Below, piece by piece: positions 57,473 through 64,000 of a stretch of 64,000 bases of DNA. Under the pieces are notes generated by a model. That model made no database searches, was not told the origin of the DNA, and saw nothing but the letters and a program-made list of their open reading frames with translations. How positions within the stretch are numbered: position 1 is the stretch's first letter; each line of letters begins with the position of its first letter. The stretch comes from Minisyncoccia bacterium (GTDB lineage Bacteria; Patescibacteriota; Minisyncoccia; Phycocordibacterales; UBA9973): contig CBFHKH010000001.1 in the NCBI GenBank assembly GCA_965656375.1, forward strand, positions 281,319 to 345,318, written 5' to 3'. Made by a program: the position numbers and the translations under genes.

Positions 57473-58606
57473 ATGAAAAAAGAAGTAGAAGAAAAAAATG
57501 TAATAGACAGTATTGCAGAACATGCAAAGATCGAACTCTCAAGTATCGGTAAAATGCTTGATAAAGCTGAAGTCCCTCCACAAGTCGATGCACTTGTTGA
57601 AGGTCCAGTTATTTCGATCGCAAAGTCATCTGTATATATCGACCTTGCACCGTTTGGTACAGGTATCATTTACGGACGTGAATTTATAAATGCAAAAGAT
57701 ATCATCAAGAAGGTTAACATCGGTGACGTCGTCAAAGCAAAAGTAGTCTCTACTGATAATGATGAAGGCTATATTGAGCTTTCTCTCAAGGAAGCAAAAC
57801 AGGCACTCATCTGGAGTGAAGCTGATAAAGCAATCAAGTCAAAGACTGCACTTGAACTTACAGTCAAAGAAGCAAACAAAGGTGGACTTATTCTCGAATG
57901 GCAAGGTATCGCTGGATTCCTTCCTGCAAGTCAGCTCAAGAGCGAACACTATCCTCGAGTAGAAGATAGTGATAAAGACAAGATATTGAAAGCACTCAAG
58001 ATGCTCGTCGGCAAGCGCATCAGTGTTGTTATGATCTCTGCACTTCCAAAGGAAGGCAAGCTCATCTTCTCTGAAAAAGACAACAATCCAGAAGAGCGCC
58101 AGGAGATCATCGGCAAGTACGCGATCGGCGATGAACTCGAATGTACTGTTGCTGGAATCGTAGACTTCGGAGTCTTCCTTAAAGTTGAAGAAGGTCTTGA
58201 AGGCCTTGTGCACATCTCAGAAATTGATTGGGGACTCGTAGAGGATCCACGCTCAATGTTCAAAGTTGGTGATGCGGTAAAGGCAAAGATCATCGAGATC
58301 AAAGATGGCAAGATTTCACTTTCTATCAAAGCGCTTAAGGAAAATCCATGGAATGAATTTGAATCTACACTCAAGAAAGGAGATATCATCTCTGGAGTTG
58401 TCATCAAGTTCAACAAGCATGGTGCCCTCGTTTCTATCAAGCAAGGTGTTGCAGGACTCGTCCACAACTCAAGCTTTGGATCTGAAGAGAAACTCAAGAA
58501 GAGCCTCGAACTCGGAAAGACATATAACTTCCAAGTTACTCTCTTTGAACCAAAAGATCAGCGTATGACACTCGTCTACCTCGAAGACGGAAAGAAGGCT
58601 GAATAA
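57473..58606 (+). CDS. rpsA: 30S ribosomal protein S1-like (four S1 domains, short form)
   Basis: repeated S1 OB-fold signatures (GDVVKAKVV..., GLVHISEIDWG...VGDAVKAKIIEI, GALVSIKQGVAGLVH). Confidence 0.8.
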   Translation: MKKEVEEKNVIDSIAEHAKIELSSIGKMLDKAEVPPQVDALVEGPVISIAKSSVYIDLAPFGTGIIYGREFINAKDIIKKVNIGDVVKAKVVSTDNDEGYIELSLKEAKQALIWSEADKAIKSKTALELTVKEANKGGLILEWQGIAGFLPASQLKSEHYPRVEDSDKDKILKALKMLVGKRISVVMISALPKEGKLIFSEKDNNPEERQEIIGKYAIGDELECTVAGIVDFGVFLKVEEGLEGLVHISEIDWGLVEDPRSMFKVGDAVKAKIIEIKDGKISLSIKALKENPWNEFESTLKKGDIISGVVIKFNKHGALVSIKQGVAGLVHNSSFGSEEKLKKSLELGKTYNFQVTLFEPKDQRMTLVYLEDGKKAE

Positions 58607-58614
58607 TATATCGA

Positions 58615-58646
58615 TTAAAAAATCCCCTCTATGGGGATTTTTTAAT
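58615..58646. terminator. bidirectional hairpin aaaaaatcccc-tctat-ggggatttttt between convergent rpsA and pth
   Basis: perfect stem flanked by A6/T6. Confidence 0.7.
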
Positions 58647-59229
58647 TATATAAACTCATTGCTTTATCTTTTCCGCCATTTGCGAGCGTAGAAAGAATCT
58701 CGGTAACGAGTTTTGATTGCTTCTTCAAAGTTTTGAGTTCATCTTCTTTAAATGCACCGAGAAGAAACTTCAGAACTGCCTGTTCCCCACTCGGCTTCTT
58801 GAGCTTGCCTGTCGGAGTGTGCGGCGAGACACCGATACGAATACGAACGAATTCTTTTGATTTTACTTTTTTGATTATAGATTCAACACCATTGTGCCCA
58901 CCACTTGATCGGTTGAAGGATATCTTTAGACTTCCTACTGGAATATCGAGATCATCATAGACAACGACAAGGTTTTTCAATTTCTTTTTATCATCTATAA
59001 CTTGTGCGACTGCATTACCAGAATTATTCATAAATGTCTCTGGTAACATGAAATCAAACTTCTCTCCTTCTACTTCGCCTTTTGCGCGAAGAGATTTTGT
59101 TTTCATATCATTCTTCCAATCTGAAAATTCTTCTGCGTTCGCAATGTGTTCCAAAATAATTCGCCCGGCATTGTGCCGAGTCTTTGCATATTCTTCTCCC
59201 GGATTTCCAAGTCCAACAATTAACATCAT
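58642..59229 (-). CDS. pth: peptidyl-tRNA hydrolase
   Basis: MLIVGLGNPGEEYAKTRHNAGR, HNGV motif. Confidence 0.9.
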   Translation of the reverse strand: MMLIVGLGNPGEEYAKTRHNAGRIILEHIANAEEFSDWKNDMKTKSLRAKGEVEGEKFDFMLPETFMNNSGNAVAQVIDDKKKLKNLVVVYDDLDIPVGSLKISFNRSSGGHNGVESIIKKVKSKEFVRIRIGVSPHTPTGKLKKPSGEQAVLKFLLGAFKEDELKTLKKQSKLVTEILSTLANGGKDKAMSLYN

Positions 59230-59252
59230 ATGACATATAGTAACAAATTTAT

Positions 59253-59346
59253 ACAGAGTATGCTAAAGGGGGTTTTGAGCGTGTCGACGCGAAAACTTCA
59301 GAATTTTTTAAGCTTCAAAAAATTCGTACTCTTTAACATACTCTGT
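59253..59346. repeat. nested palindromic intergenic element D (terminal IRs acagagtatgctaaag/ctttaacatactctgt; inner gaatttttt-aagctt-aaaaaattc)
   Basis: architecture, and the cgcg..aaaattctg core (on the reverse strand), resemble elements A-C. Confidence 0.5.
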
Positions 59347-59418
59347 GTAAATTTGTAAGGCTACAACACAGAAATATCTATTCTGTCAATACACGTTGTA
59401 TGGTATTATAATGCCTAT

Positions 59419-60018
59419 ATGGAAAATAATATCATAGAGAAACCGGTAGAAGTCGAACAGTCAAAGTGGAAAAAGCATGCAGCAGGTGCGTGGGATTTGG
59501 TAAAGTTCGCAGCTATCGCTCTTGCGATTGTGATCCCTATTCGTCTCTTTATTGCGCAACCATTCGTTGTTTCTGGGGATTCAATGTTCCCTACATTTCA
59601 TAATGGGCAATACTTGATTGTCGATGAGATCTCATATATCGTCAATGGTCCGCATCGCGGTGATGTTGTGATATTCAAATACCCGAACGATCCGTCACGT
59701 TACTTTATTAAACGTATTATCGGAATGCCAAATGAAACGATCACATTAAATAATGGCACTGTCACAATTAGCAATGCTAAAAATCCTGAAGGCTTTACTT
59801 TGAATGAACCGTACATAAATGAAACATTTAACGCCACTCACACCTACACTACCAAAAGCGATGAATACTTCGTAATGGGTGACAATCGTAATCGCAGTTC
59901 TGATTCCCGTTCATGGGGATCTCTTCCCCGAAAACTAATGATAGGGAGAGCATATTTGAGACTTCTCCCTGTCGCAGATGCAACATATTTACCAGGAGCA
60001 TACACAGAAGAAAAATAA
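59419..60018 (+). CDS. lepB: signal peptidase I
   Basis: SGDSMFPT (Ser box), KR box YFIKRIIGMP, GDNRNRSSDSRSWG. Confidence 0.9.
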   Translation: MENNIIEKPVEVEQSKWKKHAAGAWDLVKFAAIALAIVIPIRLFIAQPFVVSGDSMFPTFHNGQYLIVDEISYIVNGPHRGDVVIFKYPNDPSRYFIKRIIGMPNETITLNNGTVTISNAKNPEGFTLNEPYINETFNATHTYTTKSDEYFVMGDNRNRSSDSRSWGSLPRKLMIGRAYLRLLPVADATYLPGAYTEEK

Positions 60019-60032
60019 TATATACACCACAT

Positions 60033-61334
60033 ATGAGCACAGAAAAGAAAAAAAGCAGCAAAGAACCACTCGCATCAGTCAAAGGTATGCGCGACATCGT
60101 AGACGAGCAATATTACCAATTCCAAGGATTTTTCGAAAAAGCTCAGGAGATAGCAGTCTACTATGGCTTTCGCCCGATAGAGACTCCGCTACTTGAGCAC
60201 GAGAGCACATTTACTACGGCTATTGGCGTCGGTACCGATGCGATAGACAAGGAGATGTATACATTAAAGACTAAGGGTGGCGATCATCTCGCAGTTCGTC
60301 CAGAAAATACTGCGGGTGTTATGCGTGCATATATCGAGCATGGCATGCAGGCGCTTCCGCAACCAGTCATGATGTATTATTATGGCCCATTCTTCCGCCA
60401 CGACAAGCCACAACGCGGACGGTACCGTCAGTTCTATCAGTTCGGTCTTGAATCTTTGGGTTCTGAAAAAAGTATTATCGACGCACTTATCATCAAAACA
60501 ACACTTGCTATCTTAGAAGAAGCTGGTGCTCAAAATCTCTATGTCAGCATCAACTCTATCGGAGACAAAGAATGCCGAGGTTCATATATCCGCGAATTGA
60601 CCAATTACTATAAAAAGCATCTCTCGAGTCTGCCTTCTGTTGATCGTGAACGGCTCAAGACTAATCCACTTCGCATTCTCGATTCAAAAGAAGCAAAGAC
60701 GATTGAGTTAAACGCTGGAGCTCCTGATTCCCTCTCCTACCTCTGTGCATCTTGCAAAAAACACTTCAAAGAAGTTCTCGAATATCTCGAACAGATGGAA
60801 GTGCCGTACAAGATGGACAAGAACCTCGTTCGAGGTCTCTCATACTACTCACGTACAGTTTTTGAAATCATAGAAGAAGCAGGTGGTGAAGAAGGCACTC
60901 CACTTACAATCGCAGGTGGCGGTCGCTACGACTATCTCGGCAAACAGCTCGGATCAAAGAAAGATATCCCTGCGATGGGAGTCTCTATCGGTGTTGATCG
61001 CGTCGTAGAATCGACCTGGTACAAGAAACTTTGTCCTCGTATCTTGAAGAAGCCTAAAATTTATTTTATTCAACTTGGATTTGACGCAAAACTCAAATCA
61101 CTGGGTGTCATCGAAATTTTACGAAAAGGTAAAGTGCCAATCGCTCAGTCGATATCAAAAGATAATCTAGGAGCCCAGCTTGCGGTTGCTGAGAAACTCG
61201 GTATGCGATACGCGATTATCTTTGGACAAAAGGAAGCTATGGAAGGCACGGTAATTTTCCGCGACATGGACAATCGTTCCCAAGAGACGGTCAAGCTTCC
61301 AAAACTCCTTGAATATATAAAGGAACTTAAATAA
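60033..61334 (+). CDS. hisS: histidyl-tRNA synthetase
   Basis: class II motifs (GMRD..., FRHDKPQRGRYRQFYQ, GGGRYD), anticodon-binding C-terminus; start at MSTEKK (the supplied ORF extends upstream into lepB). Confidence 0.9.
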   Translation: MSTEKKKSSKEPLASVKGMRDIVDEQYYQFQGFFEKAQEIAVYYGFRPIETPLLEHESTFTTAIGVGTDAIDKEMYTLKTKGGDHLAVRPENTAGVMRAYIEHGMQALPQPVMMYYYGPFFRHDKPQRGRYRQFYQFGLESLGSEKSIIDALIIKTTLAILEEAGAQNLYVSINSIGDKECRGSYIRELTNYYKKHLSSLPSVDRERLKTNPLRILDSKEAKTIELNAGAPDSLSYLCASCKKHFKEVLEYLEQMEVPYKMDKNLVRGLSYYSRTVFEIIEEAGGEEGTPLTIAGGGRYDYLGKQLGSKKDIPAMGVSIGVDRVVESTWYKKLCPRILKKPKIYFIQLGFDAKLKSLGVIEILRKGKVPIAQSISKDNLGAQLAVAEKLGMRYAIIFGQKEAMEGTVIFRDMDNRSQETVKLPKLLEYIKELK

Positions 61335-61338
61335 TACT

Positions 61339-61890
61339 ATGGTAGAAATCGTTCAAAACGGCCATCCTGTGTTACGCAAAGTAGCCAAAGAGGTTCCTTT
61401 GAGTGATATCAGTACGCCAAAAATAGTAAACGTGTTGTCCGATATGAAGAAAGCACTCCATTCTCAGGATGATGGAGTAGCTATTGCTGCACCACAGATT
61501 GGCGAATCATATCGTATCTTTGTGGTATCAGGAAAGATCTTCGAAGAAGATTTTATTCGTGGCAAAGGATCGCAGTCGCATGCAAGGAGAGAAATCAAAA
61601 AAGCTCACCCGGATCTCGTGTTCATTAATCCAGTATTTAAAAAAATATCAAAGGATCGCAAGCTTATGGCCGAGGGATGCCTTTCCGTACGACCACTCTA
61701 TGGAAAAGTCCGTAGAGCAACTAAGGCGACGATGGAAGCCTATGATGAACACGGTAAGAAATTCACTACGTCAGGATCAGGGCTCCTTGCCCATATATTT
61801 CAGCACGAGACAGACCATTTAGATGGCATCCTCTTTATAGATAAAGCGCGCGATGTTCACGAGTCGACCTCAGAAACAGAATTTACATAG
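61339..61890 (+). CDS. def: peptide deformylase
   Basis: GVAIAAPQIG, EGCLS, QHETDHLDG (HExxH). Confidence 0.9.
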   Translation: MVEIVQNGHPVLRKVAKEVPLSDISTPKIVNVLSDMKKALHSQDDGVAIAAPQIGESYRIFVVSGKIFEEDFIRGKGSQSHARREIKKAHPDLVFINPVFKKISKDRKLMAEGCLSVRPLYGKVRRATKATMEAYDEHGKKFTTSGSGLLAHIFQHETDHLDGILFIDKARDVHESTSETEFT

Positions 61891-61891
61891 T

Positions 61892-62728
61892 ATGAAAAAT
61901 ATTCCTTTTGCATTTTTTGGTACACCCAATGTCGCATCAAAGACGCTTGATATTTTATTTTCGTCCGGATATGTACCGCGTGTAATCATCACCTCTCCTG
62001 ATGCTCGAAGTGGGCGTGGTATGCATTTATCTCCTACAGAGGTTTCTATTTGGGCAACAGAGCATTCTATAGAATGCTTGAAGCCTGAAAAAATCACTCC
62101 AGAATTCATAGAAGAGTTCAAGAAGTTCAATGTCGATCTTTCTATCGTCGTTGCCTACGGCAAAATACTTCCTGAGGTTCTAATCAATACCCCGCTTTAC
62201 GGCACTATAAATATTCACTACTCTCTCCTCCCAAAATACAGAGGAGCATCCCCGCTTGAACAAGCACTTCTAAACGGAGATACCGTCACAGGAGTAACAA
62301 TTCAACAAATGGAATTTAAACTCGACACAGGTGCGATCCTTGCGAGTGAAGAAGTGGCTATCGATATACACGAAGACAAAGAAACTATTCGCGCAAAGCT
62401 CATTCGGCTCGGAGCACAGAAACTCTGCGACATTCTTCCTACTATTGTAAAAGGAACTCTAACTCCTAGTATTCAAGATGAAGCTCAGGCGACGTATTGT
62501 ACAAAGCACAAAAAAGAAGATGGGGAGATTGACCTACACGGGGATGGGAAAGAAAATTACAACAAGTACCGCGCATTCAAAGGCTGGCCAGGAACATTTT
62601 TTTTCAAAGACGGTAAACGCATAAAAATTACAAAGGCGAAATATGAAAATGACTCATTCGTCATCGAACGAGTCATTCCTGAAGGCAAGAAAGAAATTGA
62701 CTATGCTCTATTTAATACTTCGAAGTAA
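61892..62728 (+). CDS. fmt: methionyl-tRNA formyltransferase (short)
   Basis: FFGTP start, HYSLLPKYRGASPLEQAL (SLLP motif), C-terminal beta-barrel domain. Confidence 0.85.
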   Translation: MKNIPFAFFGTPNVASKTLDILFSSGYVPRVIITSPDARSGRGMHLSPTEVSIWATEHSIECLKPEKITPEFIEEFKKFNVDLSIVVAYGKILPEVLINTPLYGTINIHYSLLPKYRGASPLEQALLNGDTVTGVTIQQMEFKLDTGAILASEEVAIDIHEDKETIRAKLIRLGAQKLCDILPTIVKGTLTPSIQDEAQATYCTKHKKEDGEIDLHGDGKENYNKYRAFKGWPGTFFFKDGKRIKITKAKYENDSFVIERVIPEGKKEIDYALFNTSK

Positions 62729-63095
62729 GCGGATTTCTGTTTGAGATACCTTTCAACATCTTTTTAACGCTCAGTGCTCCACGTTTAAACAGAGTTTTCT
62801 TACGATCTTTCGTATGAGTGATTTTCCTGACAATTTCTTCTTTTGCTTCTTCGATCGAAGCATAGAGGTCTGAAGTTTCAGCCATTGTAAAGTATCGCTC
62901 GCCGTTAATCTGTATATCAAACTCTGCTTTAAACACTTCGCCTTGTTTATGATGATTAGTTGTTTTGCCGATTTCTACATACCCAGTCATGGTGCCCTTT
63001 TTTACAAATTTTCCGATAGAAGCGAGGTGTTTATTTACAAAGTCAGTAATCGCATCCGTTAATTCTATATTTGTTCCTTTGATATTGATATTCAT
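62712..63095 (-). CDS. hpf: ribosome hibernation promoting factor (S30AE/RaiA family)
   Basis: MNINIKGTNIELTDAITDFVNKHL... pattern of HPF. Confidence 0.75.
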   Translation of the reverse strand: MNINIKGTNIELTDAITDFVNKHLASIGKFVKKGTMTGYVEIGKTTNHHKQGEVFKAEFDIQINGERYFTMAETSDLYASIEEAKEEIVRKITHTKDRKKTLFKRGALSVKKMLKGISNRNPLTSKY

Positions 63096-63176
63096 ATTAT
63101 GTATAGGTTAACTGGTAATACTTTTATTATACCAAAAACAAAATCTGCTGGCATCTTGACTACGTATGAAAATCTT

Positions 63177-63205
63177 TTGACAGAATCAAAAACCGCGCAT
63201 ATACT
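63177..63205 (+). promoter_or_regulatory. sigma70-like promoter TTGACA-17-TATACT; -10 ends 6 nt before the ATG, implying a leaderless mRNA
   Basis: consensus -35, 17-nt spacer. Confidence 0.45.
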
Positions 63206-63211
63206 GAGCTT

Positions 63212-63481
63212 ATGAATAGAATATATACAAAAAAGACGAATCGAGGTCTTGCCATAGTAGAAACATTACTTATAATTGCTGTTATATTACTCATTATTGC
63301 TTTCTTTTCCCGCTGGGGCCGTTCCGGCACAGTGTATCGTTATAATACGAATTCTCGAGGCCAGAGCACGGTTGTTACTCCTAATTCTTCTACAACCTAT
63401 ACGACAACGACGACCATCCCGAGTTCAACTACTACATATACCAATACCTATCAGGACACAACCTACCAGCCAGTGCAGTAA
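63212..63481 (+). CDS. type IV pilin-like protein (class III signal peptide G|LAIVE, hydrophobic helix, Thr/Tyr-rich tail)
   Basis: KKTNRG-LAIVETLLIIAVILLI with Glu at +5 after Gly. Confidence 0.5.
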   Translation: MNRIYTKKTNRGLAIVETLLIIAVILLIIAFFSRWGRSGTVYRYNTNSRGQSTVVTPNSSTTYTTTTTIPSSTTTYTNTYQDTTYQPVQ

Positions 63482-63496
63482 TAATAGAAAGAATAT

Positions 63497-63540
63497 ACAT
63501 AAAGACCGTAAGCAAAAGCTTACGGTCTTTATGTATATTT
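63497..63540 (+). terminator. intrinsic terminator cataaagaccgtaagc-aaaa-gcttacggtctttatg
   Basis: perfect 16-bp stem followed by T-rich run. Confidence 0.7.
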
Positions 63541-63625
63541 ACATTAATACAAAACTTGACTTTTTTATAAGAATAGGTTAGAATAATAAAAATTTAAATA
63601 GGAAATGAATAAATAACTCTCAGCT

Positions 63626-63679
63626 TCATAAGCTTGGAGTTTAGAGTTATTTATTCATAATTTCTACTCTAACCTTAAA
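63626..63679. promoter_or_regulatory. long perfect palindrome tgaataaataactct...agagttatttattca (inner agcttcataagctt) between a TTGACT-17-TAGAAT promoter (63556-63584) and the ArsR-type gene; candidate autoregulatory operator
   Basis: 15-bp arms, position between promoter and start codon. Confidence 0.45.
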
Positions 63680-63690
63680 AATTAAAGATC

Positions 63691-64000
63691 ATGATGGCTA
63701 CGCCCCAAACACGTGAGCAGGATACTACAGGTTCTGCTACTACTCATCCTATTAATTTAGATTACAATGCACTTAAAAATGCCGCCTTGGTGTTACGAGC
63801 ACTGAATCACAAGCTGCGACAGCAACTTATGAAATTAATTGAAGATGAAAAGAAACTTACTGTTACAGAAATTTATGTACGCCTGCGCCTGGAACAATCA
63901 GTTGCCTCCCAGCACCTTGCAATTTTACGCAAGGCCGGGATTGTAAACACTGAACGTGATGGAAAATTTATTTTCTATACGATAAACTACAAGCGCATTG
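63691..64000 (+). CDS. ArsR/SmtB-family winged-helix regulator (3' end beyond window)
   Basis: LTVTEIYVRLRLEQSVASQHLAILRKAGIV HTH. Confidence 0.7.
   Translation, partial: MMATPQTREQDTTGSATTHPINLDYNALKNAALVLRALNHKLRQQLMKLIEDEKKLTVTEIYVRLRLEQSVASQHLAILRKAGIVNTERDGKFIFYTINYKRI

Noticed and set aside
59913-60032. Upstream extension of the hisS ORF overlapping the lepB 3' end
   Set aside because: HisRS conserved N-terminus begins at MSTEKK (60033). The extension would overlap lepB in another frame and encodes no HisRS-like sequence.

Overview
This 64-kb window is AT-rich, gene-dense and mostly minus-strand. It reads like a reduced genome, plausibly CPR/Patescibacteria-like. Supporting signs: AlaRS without the C-Ala domain, a GlmU uridyltransferase domain only, a short 4-domain S1, a Walker-degenerate PriA, and a family of small T4SS-pilin-like membrane proteins. 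All calls rest on reading motifs in the supplied translations; no database searches were run. Housekeeping content includes rplU and cysS; a grpE-dnaK-dnaJ chaperone locus with an embedded PaaX-like regulator instead of hrcA; and the r-protein/rpoA block infA-rpmJ-rpsM-rpsK-rpsD-rpoA-rplQ-rplM-rpsI. Also present are alaS, mnmA, mltG, typA, rseP, frr, holB, mreB, priA, rpsU, ybeY, ftsA, ftsZ, trxB, gyrA, rpsA, pth, lepB, hisS, def, fmt and hpf. Three tRNAs (Glu-UUC, Ser-CGA, Val-GAC) sit at about 46.28-46.53 kb. The main accessory feature is a tRNA-proximal module at about 46.5-53.3 kb. It contains two orphan membrane proteins and then, on the opposite strand and co-directional with gyrA, a SAM-MTase, an anchored solute-binding protein and a tandem array of five VirB2/TrbC-like pilin paralogs. 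The last paralog is fused to a triplicated Cys/Trp-containing ectodomain, making it a candidate surface/host-contact organelle. Other notable items: a compact polyamine module (fold-III decarboxylase, agmatinase, DHS-like homospermidine-synthase-type enzyme, plus an unassigned 428-aa protein); a family of about 75-120-nt palindromic intergenic elements (two flank dnaK/dnaJ); a heptad TGCTAR repeat in two 5' regions; a candidate small RNA or leader upstream of rpsA; scattered type-IV-pilus-like parts (PilM-like ATPase, a prepilin-motif protein); and a sigma70-region-4 protein with two HARE-HTH-like domains. No CRISPR array, transposase, integrase or obvious restriction-modification/defense genes were seen.
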